From Raillietiella orientalis (Eukaryota), in contig JAYWIR010000002.1 in the NCBI GenBank assembly GCA_036172245.1, forward strand, positions 1,426,001 to 1,490,000: a stretch of DNA of 64,000 nucleotides, written 5' to 3'. Below the pieces are notes generated by a model. The model was given only the letters and a program-made list of their open reading frames with translations. It was not told the DNA's origin and did no database searches. Numbering within the stretch: position 1 is the stretch's first letter; every line of letters begins with the position of its first letter. Positions 47,571 to 60,200 of the stretch are shown here, piece after piece. The position numbers and the translations under genes are program-made.

Positions 47571-49859
47571 CGATTGTCCTCTTACGGACGTCTCTGCCTC
47601 GTTTCCGCTTCTGTCTAGATCCAGTGGAAGAGTGGGAGGCTGGGAAAAAAGGAAAATGAAAAGCGGAGCAACTAGACCAACGGCTCCAGGGGACCTCCCA
47701 TCCGCTTGCAGGGAGGAGTGAGCGGAACGAAGCGACTGGAGGCAAGGTCGCACTCGTAGGGAGAGGAAGAGGGGACGAGGCTAGGTCCGTTGCTCCAGAA
47801 GCATCTCCGACGGTACGGCCTGCATTCCCTCCCTGCAATCACCTTTCCCTCTCCCTCTTTCCGTGCTGCGTTCCCACCCCCACCCCCGTTTCAAGAGTGA
47901 CCGCTGCCGATTGGAGGAAGGAGCAGAGCGAACAAACGGCTCCAGCGGAAGCTGCGACGTCAGAGTTTCGACTGAAAGGAGGAACAGAACTTCCTTCGTT
48001 GTCGCTCTCCTCGAGATGCCACATCTGGTCCACGGCAGCCTCCTCGTTCCAACCCTTTCGAACGGCGGGGCGGAACAAGCAGCGTGGGGTGGGCGGGGCC
48101 TCACAAACACACCACGGAGGTCTCCGCGCGAATTCCAGGACCAGGAAGAGTCTCGTCGCGGGGGAAGTCCCGCCCTTTCGAGCTATGTGTGGTGGCGCAG
48201 CGATGCACGGGCGGGGAGGGAGGGTGGAAAGGAAAGAGTAGGGATGGCTCCCGGTCCAGCGACTGCCCGCCGCGCGCTAGGCCTCCCGGCGTCTGGCGCT
48301 GCTCCCGAGGAGGAAACGGGTGCGAGGAACTCGCCACTCCACGAGGGATGCACTTAAGCACGGGAACGAAGGTTCCCTTCGGGGAAGAAGGTTGTCTGAA
48401 GGGCAGGGCGGGGCAATACCCTAACCACCCCCGCGCGTAGGACAGGATCAGCTGTCCCTCTCCCTCCTCTCCCCGTGCACCGCCGGAACCGGGTGAGGGT
48501 GAGCAGACCTGGGGTCAGAAGCGGAGGGGCGCGTCTCCCGGCGGAGTCTGCCAGCTGCCGCAAAATCGCTCCCGAACCACCTCGACCACCACTCGACCCC
48601 ACGCTGCCGTCGCTCCTCCTCATCTTCGCTCGCATCTGCCCTGGGGCGAAGACGGCGGCGGCGACGGCACAAAGGACGGCTGGGCGGGCGGGCGGGCGGG
48701 CGTTCGATGGCCCCCGGGGCGCTTTTCACTGCCGTGGGAAAATCTGCTCCGGGAGATTCGCGCGCGTCGCGGCGGCGGCGGCGCAGGTGCGCGCGCGCGC
48801 GGTGAAAGGGGTGGGGTGTGGACGGACTCGGAGGAGGAGGGGGGAGATGCTGCGATCTTCCTCCGTAAGAGATTCCATTGCTCCCCCGCCTCCGCCACAT
48901 CTTTTTTCTCTCATCCGCCGCCGCTGTCTCGCAGCCCGCCGGAGGCAGCACCGCCAAGATGGACGGACCGACCGCGCGCGCGCGGGACTGGAGAGGCAGA
49001 GGGAGAGAGGGAAAAAATCCCGCCTGCCGGCCGGATGCGAGAGAGGTCGCGCACGCTCGTGACCTCCTCCCTCCTTCCTCTCCTCTCTCTCCCGCGTCCG
49101 CGCTCGCCGGATCCCCGAAGACTGGTAGGGGATGCTGCGGCTGCTGCGCATCTCGCGGGCAACTTCGGGAGGATGAAGGAGGTATGCACTTGCGCGCGTC
49201 TTCGCTCCCCTCCTCCCCTTCCTTTCCCTTCACCCAGCGTCAGTTCTCGCCTCGCGCACACAGGACGGGGAGGAGGGAACAGCCGCGAACCTTTCGGGAG
49301 CGCCCCCGACCCTTTCGGAGGAAACTCCCCCGCCGCCGCGCGCCTCCGTCTTCCTCCGCAGCAGCGCGCGAGGGGCGGGAGGAGGAGACAGGAAAACGGA
49401 AAAAAAAAAAATGAAAAGACGACGCGGGAGGAGGAGGGGAGCACCGGAGCGCGGGCAAAAAACTGCGTGGGAAGATTTTTTCCCTGCCGAGGCGATCCAG
49501 GAGGAAGAGCGGAAGGAGGAGGGAGGGAGGGAAGGAGGGGGAAGAGACAAAGAGGGGAGGAAGGATGCTCGGATTACTTCAGACGCAGCAGCGAGCGGGG
49601 AAGAAAGGCGGGAGAAGAGGGAGGAGCAACGCCCTGCGCTGTCTATAGGTCGACGGCGCGCTCGCAGTCCTGCAGGTGGCTAGGGGGCTCGTGGGGATGG
49701 AGAGGGAGTGCTTTGGAGATGGAGATCGGCCGAGACCCGTGGGCAGCCGCGGCCCTTCAACCCCCTTTCTCTCCTTTTGACCGGCCAGTTCATCCTTCCA
49801 TCTCCCTCCTACGACCCCGCGCGTTCTTGCAGCCAGCGGGATGGAAGGGGGGGGGGCTC

Positions 49860-50105
49860 CAAGCCCTCTTGCGCTTGCCGCCCTGCCACACCCAGTCGCC
49901 ACCCCTTGCGTTCGACAACCTCTCCGAGCCAGGGCGACCTCGACCTCACCGTCCCCCGCTACCGGGAGACCCTCGCGTGGGAAACAGCCACGCCCCCTCC
50001 CCCTCCTCGCTGGGATCCTTGGGACGGGTGGAGGGCTCGACAGAGCGACGGAATGTTCGCGGTGGAGCAGAGACGCGGAATCTGTTACTCCTGCCGGTGG
50101 GAGTC
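49860..50105 (+). repeat. Dispersed repeat copy 2
   Basis: Inverted partner of 47350-47570; carries an extra insertion of about 20 nt near 49918-49940. Confidence 0.85.
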
Positions 50106-52331
50106 TTCCTGGACGGCGTTTCCTGCCTTTTGCTCCCGGAAGCGGCTGCTCTCGGGTGCGCTTCCTCCTGTGGGCACGTCCCTCCCGACCACCCGCATGA
50201 TGAAGCACCAAGGTGCACGGGGGAGCGGGAATGCGGAACCAACACCAACACCACCTCTCCTGGACGGCGGACCTCCGGGTGCGGCCCCCCGCGGTCTCCA
50301 ACGACCCACACGCAGAGAGGATTCGTGGGCCAGAAATGCTGCAGGGGCGGGACCAGAGGGAAAGGAGAGGACAGGATCTCGGAGGGTGCCTCTGCATCCT
50401 GGAGAAGAGGGAAATTGAGGGGAGTAACTAGTGTAGGCGCTGGATCCCCCGCCACCGCAGGCTGCTCTCGGAGGTCGCTTCGGGCAAGACACCATGACGA
50501 AGCACCAAGGATCCCCCCTCCTCGAAGGGTGGGGTCTCGGTGCTTTCTCATGCTTTCCGACGACGCCCCACTCTTCTCCCGGTCCCGGAGGAAGTGCGCG
50601 TAGGACATCTTCGGTGCGTCTCCTTGGAAACGAGGAGGAAGGGACACTCCTTGGATGGCTGCTAGGACACGAACCCTCTCTTCCCCCCCCCCCTACTTCT
50701 CCGCCGCCGCCCTCTCTTAGGCTGACGTGACTTTGGGAGCCGTCGATCCGAACTGGTGAAGGGAGGTCCTTGCCTCCTCGGTCCGCTTCTGCCTCCCTCC
50801 GAAGTGCGGGGCATTCCCCAAGCAGAGGGGGGAAGAGAAGCAAAAGGGGGGGAGGGTTCTGGAGGAAGGAGAGCGCAGCGCACGCCTCGGGGGCTCAGAG
50901 AGGAGTCGTCGTCCGCCCAGAGGGGGGCCACCGGAAACTCCTCCCCCCACCGCCCTGCCATCGGCGCGCGCGCGCCGCCCCTTCTCCGGACTCCTCGGCG
51001 CCGCCGCCGCCGAGTGCCCGTCACCGGGACGACGGAAGAGTGATCGATGGACGGACGGCTGCAGCGCGATCCATCAAGCCAGATCGGAGGTCCGCGGCAG
51101 TAGTAGAAGCAGCAGCAGCAGCAGCAGCATCCGTGGCTCTCTCTCTCGTAATCGCCTCCGTTGCGGAGGAGGAGGAGGCGGGATCGGCAGCTTGCGGAAG
51201 CTGCTTCTCTCGAGACCCATTTTTTTCTTTCATTCTTTCTGGAGGGGGAGGGGGGACCTCTTTTCCGACGGACAGCCCGCGTGCGCTCCGTACGCACAAG
51301 TTGGCGGCCGTTCCCATCCTCTGGTTCGCTTCCTTCTCCCTAGGAGGAGGACGGCAGCGAGGAGGAGAGCCTCCCTGCCAGTGTCACGCACGTCCCCTCC
51401 TGAGGTGGCACGGTTAGGAGAGTCACCTAGAGCGGTGCGACACCGAGGAACCTTCGCGCGATGTTGGGAAGCGGACGGCAGGGTAGTCTGCACCACCCCT
51501 TTGCAAGGGAGACTGAGGGTGGGGTGACGGGCTCCTAAGAGTCCACTCTTAGGAGAACGACGAGAATGAGGGAGGAGCGGAAAGATGAGAGCCTTCAAGC
51601 AGCTGCCCCTTCCGCTGCGCGCACGAAAGCCCACGGCGCGGACGACAGGACGGCAGAGGGGGACGGTGCAGGTGCGCGCGCGCGCCTCGCGGGAGAGCAG
51701 ACGCCCGGGAGACGAGCATAGTGGCTTTCCCGCAGGACTACCGCAGAGAAGGGGGAAGCGGAGGAGGAAGAAAAATGCGCGCGCGCAGCTGCTCTTCCCG
51801 AACGGTCGCAGAGGAGCCTGCGGCAGACGACGTGGCCAGCGGCGTCGGGTCGTCCACTGCGAGGTGATGAGGGGGGAGGGGAATGTAGCTGAAGGATTTC
51901 CGCCTCAGGGGGGGGGGGGGAAGAGGTGCCCCACCACTCCCTCCCTCCTCCATCTTCTCGCAAAGCGATCTCGGACGGACGAGGTCGGCAAAAAAGCGAG
52001 TGTGTCCCCTTCCTTCCCTCCCCCTTTGCTTTTAGCACCCTCATCTTTCGCTCTGACCCCTCCCCATCCGAGCCCGGCTGCACCTTTCGGAGCACGTGCA
52101 AGTGCTGAGGGGACGATGGAGCGCAACAAGTTCAGTGGAGAGTCCCGCTTGCGTAGGGGAGTCTCCTCTTACTGCCCTCCCTCCTCGTACGTTCGCATGC
52201 GCGTGGAGATGCGCTCGTGTGTGCATAAGCACGCAAGAGCTGCTGCGTTCGCGTCCTCGACCCTCTCCTCCTTCCCAAGATTGCAGAACATTCTTACGGG
52301 TCCAAGGAGGCACGCAGTCAGAGCACGGGAT

Positions 52332-52374
52332 GCTCGCGCATTAAACCGCGCGCGGCGAGGTTTAATGCGCGAGC
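52332..52374. repeat. Perfect 16-bp inverted repeat with 11-nt spacer
   Basis: GCTCGCGCATTAAACC (52332-52347) and GGTTTAATGCGCGAGC (52359-52374). Confidence 0.9.
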
Positions 52375-54234
52375 CTGAGGTCGGCCGGGACCGGTCAGGA
52401 GTCGGCGGGACGGCTGGACGCGCGCAGCCGCGTCTGAGCGAGTGGGGACGACGATGGGGCGCCTCACACAAGGGCCGGTCTCCGTGGCGCCGCGAGAGGC
52501 AGCGCCTTTATGCGCGCGCAGTGGGCTGGTAGGCGAATCCATGCGAACGTAGCGAAAGTCGGGGAGGGGGGGGAGCTATTCTTAGCTCTCCAGTTTCCGT
52601 CATGTCCACGCTCCGCTCCTCGGACTCCGAGATTTCGAAAAGAGGGAAGCGGAAGCGAACGTGGCGCGACCGGTGGCGGTGAGGGAAAATGTGGTTGCGC
52701 CCGGATGCCTCATGCACCGAGAGGCGATCGGCGAGCGAGGCGCTCATCGGAGTTTCTTCTTCTTCTTCTACCCCCCCCCCCTCCCCGCTCCCCTCCTCCT
52801 CCGCGCGAAAGCCCTTCGAAGAACTTGGGCCGCTCTCCCCGACTCATCCGATGAACGCTGCTATTCGGCGGCCCTCTTTCGTGCTCGCGTGCCGTTTCTC
52901 GCCTGAGGTCACCTGCTCCTTCCTTCTTGCCGCCTCTCCCTCCTGACGTCATAAGATCCTCAGTCGACGCTACCTTGGTGGTGCACGCACTGCTGGCCAG
53001 CGCGTGCGTGCCGTGCGTGCGCGCACACGCTCTGTGCGAGACGCCGTAGGCGAGGAGGGCTGAATGGAAACCGGCGGACCCCTGTCTCAGCCAGCTTCCC
53101 TGAGACGGCGCCAATGTGCTTCCTTCTCTCTCTTTCCCCCTCCCTCCTCTCCACTTCCCTTCCAGCTCGAACACTTCATGGCCAGCCCGCAGCCAGGACA
53201 ACCGCCTGTCATGTTTGTTTTTTTGCTCCTCGGGAATGGGGAAGGGAGCGTCGCGCGCCCTCGGTGGACCGAGCTGCCGACCCGGAGGACCAGTGCAATC
53301 CAATCTGCTGCCCATTCGGACGACCCGGAACGAATTTCCTTGGGGACAGAGAGGCTTTCTGGCTCGAGAGAATGGACGCTATCACTTCGCCTGCAGCCGA
53401 GCACCGCCAGATGTTTCCTCCCTGCCGTTTCCTCCTCGCCGCCGCCAGCTAATGGGATTACCGCCCTGTTTCCCTTCTTCCTCGTCTTGGAGACGTTTGC
53501 GCCCAGCCTCTGCCACGCAGCCCCTCCTCGGGACGAGGACGAGGCCGCCCTCGCCCAGACGCCCCGGCGTCGCGCCGAGGGGGTGTAGCGTGGAAAGTCG
53601 CGCGCGCGCCACTAGTGCGCCCGCTCACCACCACCAGCAGCGGCGCGGCGTGCGCGCGCAGAGCGGCTTCTTCCGGTCGCCTCTCGCCCCCCGCTCCTAT
53701 ACGTTTGTCCAGAGAAACGACGACGTCGGCGACGTCCCATTTCCCTAGTTCGCGAAAAAACGTGGCATGAGTGGTGGACGGGATGGAAAGGTCGCGGGCA
53801 GCAGCTTCCTCCGTGCGAAATCTCCGGAAGGGAGGGAAGGGGGGAATAAAAGAAAAAAATCTCGTAGGTGGGGTCACCCTTGCCTCCTTCCCACCTCCTC
53901 TGACCGTCCTGGATCGCAGAGCCTTGGACTCCTTGGGAGCTCCCTCTTGCCGCTTGTCCGAAGTTCCGCTGCGAAGGGAGCGCTTTCTGAGATCGGGAGG
54001 GCACTGTGGTGGCGGCCCTGAAGGCTCGAAGCCTGGCGGACGTTCGGTCACACTCAGATCCTCATTTCTGTCATTCAGATCACGGGGGCAGCTGGTGCCT
54101 CCGACGTCTGGTGCTCCGAGACGAGGTCTTTCTCCTCCTCCTCCTCACCATCTCTTGCTTTCGAGAACCTTACCCTGCGTTTCCTTGGTGGTGCCAGAAG
54201 GCCATCAAGGAAACGCAGAAGTTCCCGTCGCGGA

Positions 54235-54257
54235 GTGTGTGTGTGTGTGTGTGTGTG
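54235..54257. repeat. (GT)n microsatellite
   Basis: Direct reading of the GTGTGT... run. Confidence 0.9.
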
Positions 54258-57200
54258 AGGGGGATACCAGGTGTCTCCCTGGGAGATAGACTGATCTTCA
54301 GGAACCGCCGCAAGCGCGAGAACGGCTGCGAGTTTGGCGATGAGACGGCCGCGGACCGCGGCCTCTGCCGGCGAAAGAGGGGCCTCTGGCGGTCAGAGAG
54401 TCCCCCTCCCAGGAGGTCAGAACTTGATAAGGTCTAAAGGGTCGAGCGACCTTCCCGGAGAACTCTTGAGCCATCCAGGTCCGGATGCTCCGCCTCCTGA
54501 TCCCACCGGATGGCACTGGTTTCGGGGAGTGCCATGCTATGGACCCGCCATGTCCGTTCCGCGCCAGCCACGCTTCCCGGCACCGACTGCTCCCCAGCGG
54601 CTCTTGCCCTCTTGCTGGAGCATCAGCTTGGCTCAGGGGTTCCCCCTGTTGCTCCACGGGCGAGCTCGAATGGAGGAGAAGGATTACTCGCGGCCGCGAT
54701 ATCCTGTTCCTGACTGTCCCGACGGAACGACTGCTGATGGGGCGCACCAACAATATTCCACCCCTCTCCACCCTTTCAGCAAAGCGCCCCACGACCCGGG
54801 GGTGGCGCAGCCTCATCCTCCCTCCCTCCCTTGAAGCAGCATCTGTTCCCTGCGAGCAAGCGCGTGGCATGCACGTGGCTGCTCGGTGTCTTTGGAAACG
54901 GCCGTTCGGTTTCTTGGAACTCCCCGTTCTCACGGAACGGAACCAATCGTAAGGCCACCCGGTAATCCGGAGGAAGACTGGCGGGAGGAACGGGAGCATC
55001 TCCAGTCTCTGCCATGCCAAAAGCCTCTCTTCCTTCCCCCTGGGGGTCCTAGGCGTGTCGGGAATTCCCAAGGTTCTGCGTCTACTCTCTGCCGCCGCTA
55101 TGGGGCTTCCGAACGCAGTGGCTGGAAGGTCCGGGGTCATCCCGCCCACCGACGAGTCCTGAAGGGTGACCTCCGACTGGGCTGCCGAGCCCCTGTGGAT
55201 CCTTCAAACTTACAGGTCGTCGCCGATCACGCAGAGTCCTTCCTGACCTCGCGCCAGAGGCAGGTCCTCCTTGAAAGTCGCGACTAGGACCACGTCGCCC
55301 CCCCCCTCCTCACATGCGCGCACACAGAGCCGCTAAGGAGATGGTGGCGAGGAGGAAGAGGAGAAGATTCGAGCGCTCGCCTCGGGGCACTCTTCGTGCC
55401 CGCAGTCTTTCTGTTCCCGGGAACCATCAGGAAAAAGGAGGCTGCCTTCTCCTTTCTGTCTCTCGGGAGAGAGAGAGGCGGGGGGTGGGTGGAGCAACAC
55501 GCAGGAGAAGGCGAGGGTCGTTAGGCGAAGATTGTGGATGTCCGGAATCGGACGCACCAATCTCTCGCTTCCTCCTCCCCTTTCCTCTCCCGACCTGGCG
55601 GCGGCCACGGGGAACGATCGCTCCCGCGGCCAGTCCAGGTTCGGAGGGTTTTTTTTTTTCCCCCTCCGCTTTCTTTATCTCGGGTCGATCTTTGAAGCGG
55701 ATGCATCCGCTCGCTGATCTGCCCATCTCGGGCACAGGACGCCCCCGAGGCGAGTGCTCGAACTCAAGCGGCCTGAGGCGTTCGGGTGCGTGCGTTTCTT
55801 CCCCTTTGTTGTTCCTCACCGACTTCCTCCGTCCGCTCGCCCCTCCTCCCTCTCCGCTTCCAGGTGGACGGAATTCCTTGGTCTTTAGGCATGGTCGCCG
55901 CGGACGCTTCATCTTGCTGGCGCACCGCCGAGAGGAGAGCCAACTTTTTGGCATCTAGCGGCACCGGCGCCGGCTGGGTCCATGGGGCACATAGGGTCGC
56001 CATCCCTTCCCCCCAGTTTCCCTCCTAGCAATCTTCCGAAGACCGCAGCTTCCCGAGGAATGCCGCCGCTTCGGACTGCGCGCGCGCCTGGGCGGCTCGA
56101 AGACGCGGCCGGGATGTTGCGTGGACTCTCCGTCAGTGGAGAGGGGGATCGACACAGGTCCGCCCCTTTTCCTGGTCGATACCCCTACTGCACAGTGCCT
56201 CTAGAGGTCTGCGGACACCTCCCGACCCGCCGTGGAGACCTCTGTCCTCTCGCAAGGAGCTGGCGGCGCCACCGTAATCGCGCAGTTCCGGCGCGCGCGA
56301 CCTCCAGGGAGCGGTCTGTTCCGGAGCCCGCAGCGGCGGATGCGGCGGGGATTCCGCGCCGCGCCCGGGTCTTTGCCTCACGTGCTCTCCCGGTAAGCTC
56401 CCGAGGCTATGCTGGGCAGGGAACGCCCGCGGCACACCTACAGCCTGCGCTGCGGGAGGCCTCGGGCCGCGGAACGACGCCGGGAGGAGAAGGGGGGGAG
56501 GGAGGAGGAGAGCTGCAGAGACCGAATCGAAAAATTGAGAATGGCGTCCTCCCCGTTCCCCGATGAGAAGGATTCAGGGAATGTCGGACTCGGAAGGAGG
56601 GGGGAGAGAGACCGCAGAACTGTGCTTCTAATTGCCCTTCAAGCTCCTTTGGGTTCGCGCGCGGGAGAAGAGGAACAAGGGGAGGGAAGGGGTGAGTGGA
56701 GGAGGGATCCCCTGCCTAATCCGTGGCGGTTTTCCTGTCTGGAGGAGGAGGGAAGAGGAGGCATTGAACGCGTCCCACTTTGCCCGAAATCCGCTGTGCC
56801 GTCTCGCTGCTTCTGACCTTTCCGCGGGTCACGCCGAATGCCTCCCGCTAAAAAGGGCAAAGGGGGAAGAGAAGAAGGGAAAGGAGGAAATGGGGACGCG
56901 TTCTCGGGGGAGCGCAATCCAGACTCCCCATTGTCCGGGAAGACGCGCCCTGGCCAGGGCGGGCGATCATTCCAAAGGGCGTCTTTCTCTCACTGCGGGT
57001 TCGGCCACCGCCGCTGGCGTTCGCGCACGCGCTAGTCGAGCGCCCCCTGGTAGTGCTCGTGCGCGCTCGGGGAAGGGGACAGGGCAGGGAGAAAAAAGGG
57101 GAGGAAGGAGAAAGAGAAAGGGAACCGAAAGGAAGCCCCTGGTTGTTAGGGGCAATCTGCGCCTTCCGAGGCGGGCGGACGGATGGCGGGAGACACAGAG

Positions 57201-60200
57201 AAAAGGCGAAGACGACGACGGTGAGAGGACGTCCCGGAGGAGGAAGAGGAGGAATACGAGGGAAGGTACAGTTCCCCCTTCGCCTTCGAGAAAAAAAAGC
57301 GGGGTGGGGGGCGCGGAGGCCCCAACTCCCACGCTGACATGGTCCCGAGGGTGGTCAGAAGGGATGGAGGGGCATCTGACGGGAGATGTGGATCGCCGGT
57401 CGAATTTCGAGGGCACCGGCCGGAAGAGCGGCTCAACCTCGCCTGCCCCTGCCCTTTCCCTGGAGCCACCAATGGAGGTCATGTGCGCGCATACATGAAG
57501 GGGAGGAGGAAGGAATCCGGGAGGGGAGTGTCAGAGGCCTTCCCGTGCGCTGCGCCCAACCCGACGAATGCAGGCGCCCAACGCGAGCGCGCGCGCAGTT
57601 CTCGCAGTCGGCTTCGTCCGGTCCCATCCTTGCCGAGCGGGCGCATAGGCAGACCCCGCTTCCCGGGTAGGAGAAGCGTCACGGGAAGGAAGGGGAAGGG
57701 AGGGAAGGGGAGTCGGGCGGTAATTGGGCCCCTCCAGCTCCTTTGAGGGCGGCGCCGCGGGTCCCTGGACATCTCACCTCCATCCCAGCCCCTCTTCTGC
57801 TCCGATGCAACCTGAGGGCACCAGCGCCTGCAAAGGGCTCGCAAATACCCCTCATGGAGGGAGGGAGGGACATCCTCCGGGAATACAATCCTATTCCTGT
57901 TGGACAAGATGAAGGAGGGAGAGGGGCACGGATTTACCGAGCACCCTGCATCATCCCTAAGGAGTTCGACCCCAAGTCTCGCCCACCGGGCAGCCCCACC
58001 GTCGGGGACAGCAAAGGGGGGAGGGCGACACACAGGCGTCGTGGTCGAAGGCTCTCTCCCCATTTCCATCTTCTATCTCCTCGAATTCCTCTCCTCCTCC
58101 CCGCCTGCATCGTCGTCGCAACGCCGTCGTGCGCTCTGCCCCCGCGTCCGCCCCAGATCCCGGAAGGTGTGGGGGCGCCCTTCGCGGCTCCATACGACAG
58201 TTCGGAGCCCCGTGGCGCAGTATCCTGTTCGGGGCGCCCTCTCACCCTCGGAAGGCAGAGCCGCACGCTCCCTCTTCCCGGGAGCCTACGAGAGCGCGGG
58301 AGGGCATGAGGCCTGTCAGGGGGATAGGATGGAAGTGAGGGGGAAGGGGAAGAGGAGGAAGACTGCGATCCCCTCCCCAGGAATGCATCCGAGAGGGAAG
58401 AAAGCACCCCGGACACGACTACATGACCACACGGTCGTGCAGGGGCGCCTCTCCATCCCTGCTCTCCGCCTGCTCAGTCGGAGGAGCAGCAGGCTACGCC
58501 CGCACGTCCAGCTGCAAGGACCGCTTGGGGTCCTATTTCCCTTCCCCTTTCCGAACTGGTGAGCGCCTCGAAGGAAGGGAGCCGGCACAGGGAACAAACT
58601 GCAGACGCGCAGCTCTCTTCCGCGTTTGGCGCGCGACGCGCTTCGGCTCGGGGTCTCCTGGCACGCGCACTTTGTTTTTCGGCACATGCGCGCGGGGGGT
58701 TCTTTCTCGCGCGCTCCTTGTCCGCCCGGAGGACGACCTTTTCAGCCCCTCCTGCTGTTGCTGTCAGTCTCTTCTGTGGGCACGCGCGTCGCCCACGTCG
58801 CGCGCTCCCCTCCCTCTCCTGGAGCACGGCTGCCCGCCAGCACTCCAGCGTCCCGGAACGCTCCGCTTGCCCGCCCTCGGCCGCGGCGTGGTCGGCTCCT
58901 GAGGGGAGCTCCTGAACTCTCCCGACTTCCTCAGCAGCAGCGCAGGTCGGGGGTCGCCGTCGGGTCCAGCAGGGAGGTGGGACGAGGCGACCCCGAGGAC
59001 GAGGACAGACAGTGTTTCCGGGAGCGTACCGCCGTGCGGGAGAGAGCTTCCGAGGGACCCCTAGAAGACCTCTTCCAGTCTATCCTGGAGGGGGAAGAGG
59101 GGGAGGGAGATGTGTTCAAGCTGCTCTTCCTCGTTTCCCCACTCTCTTCCCTCCTCCCTGCGAAGAGGGCCGATCCCGTGAGGAGCAGAATGAGGGAAAG
59201 AGAGCCGGAGACACCTTTGCCCTACGAGACGGCCTCATAGGAGGACCCCTTCCAGTTTTTTCCTGGGTCGACAGGGAAAAGGTGGGTGAGCGTCGGAGAC
59301 TTCCCGGAGGGAACACCTTCCCGTCCGGCTTTTGCAGCTCCTCCTTGGCCACGAGATGCTCCTGAGGGGGGTCCTCCTCGGCTCAGCCCAGCACTCTGTC
59401 TCCCGGGAAACGGTTCCCAGGCTCGTAGCCCATTTGAAGCCCTCCCGTTTGCTGCGGCCACCTCGGAGGACCTGCTGCCCCTCCCCTTGCCGATCCCGCG
59501 CGCAGGGGCTGCCACGCGTCCTCCGCTCGCTCTCCACGCACTCTTCCTCGAGGGAGCTGCCTCACCCCCGCATCCACCCGGCTGGGAGTGGCAGTAGGGT
59601 GGGGAGGGGAGCGCTCACAGGTGCATGGGAAAAGGGAGGGGAAGAGGAACAACGACGCAGGCTCTCGTTTTCCCGTCTTTCCCCTCCTCTCCTCCGGGGT
59701 CCAATCCCCGGGTTCTCTCGTCGGCTTCCGGGTTCATCCAGAAGTTCAAGGACGCGCCCACAGGCGGCTGGGAATTCCTGGGCGCTTTTTTTCCTCTTGC
59801 TCTGCCTCCTTCCCCTCCTGAAGCAGGCAAGCGGCCCCGGAAGATTGGCTATCCCCCCTCTACCATCCCCTTCCTCCACGGAAGAGATCGCCACGGGCCG
59901 CAGGGAATCTCCTGCGCTTGCCGGAACGCCCCTCACGGGAAGGATACAACCCTGGTGCGTCGTAGGGAGTTTGAAAAGGAAGGACTGGGGATGGAGCGAC
60001 TTGGGCAGATGCAGCGCACAGGGCCTCAACGAGTCCCCCCCCCCCTTCTCCCTTTCTTACGGGAGGAATCCCCCGCCAGCGTGGGAGAGCAGGACATCTC
60101 CGGGAGCTATTGAGGCGTTCGGTGGGTCGCGCGCCGGCGATCCCCGGAGTGGTGCGAGGGAGTCACCCCTCCTCGAGGGCAGGTGATGCCGTGTCCGAGG

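Noticed and set aside
48816-50603. 595-aa ORF, the longest in the track
   Set aside because: Arg/Gly/Pro low-complexity sequence that runs through a dispersed repeat and homopolymers; long stop-free frames are expected at this GC content.
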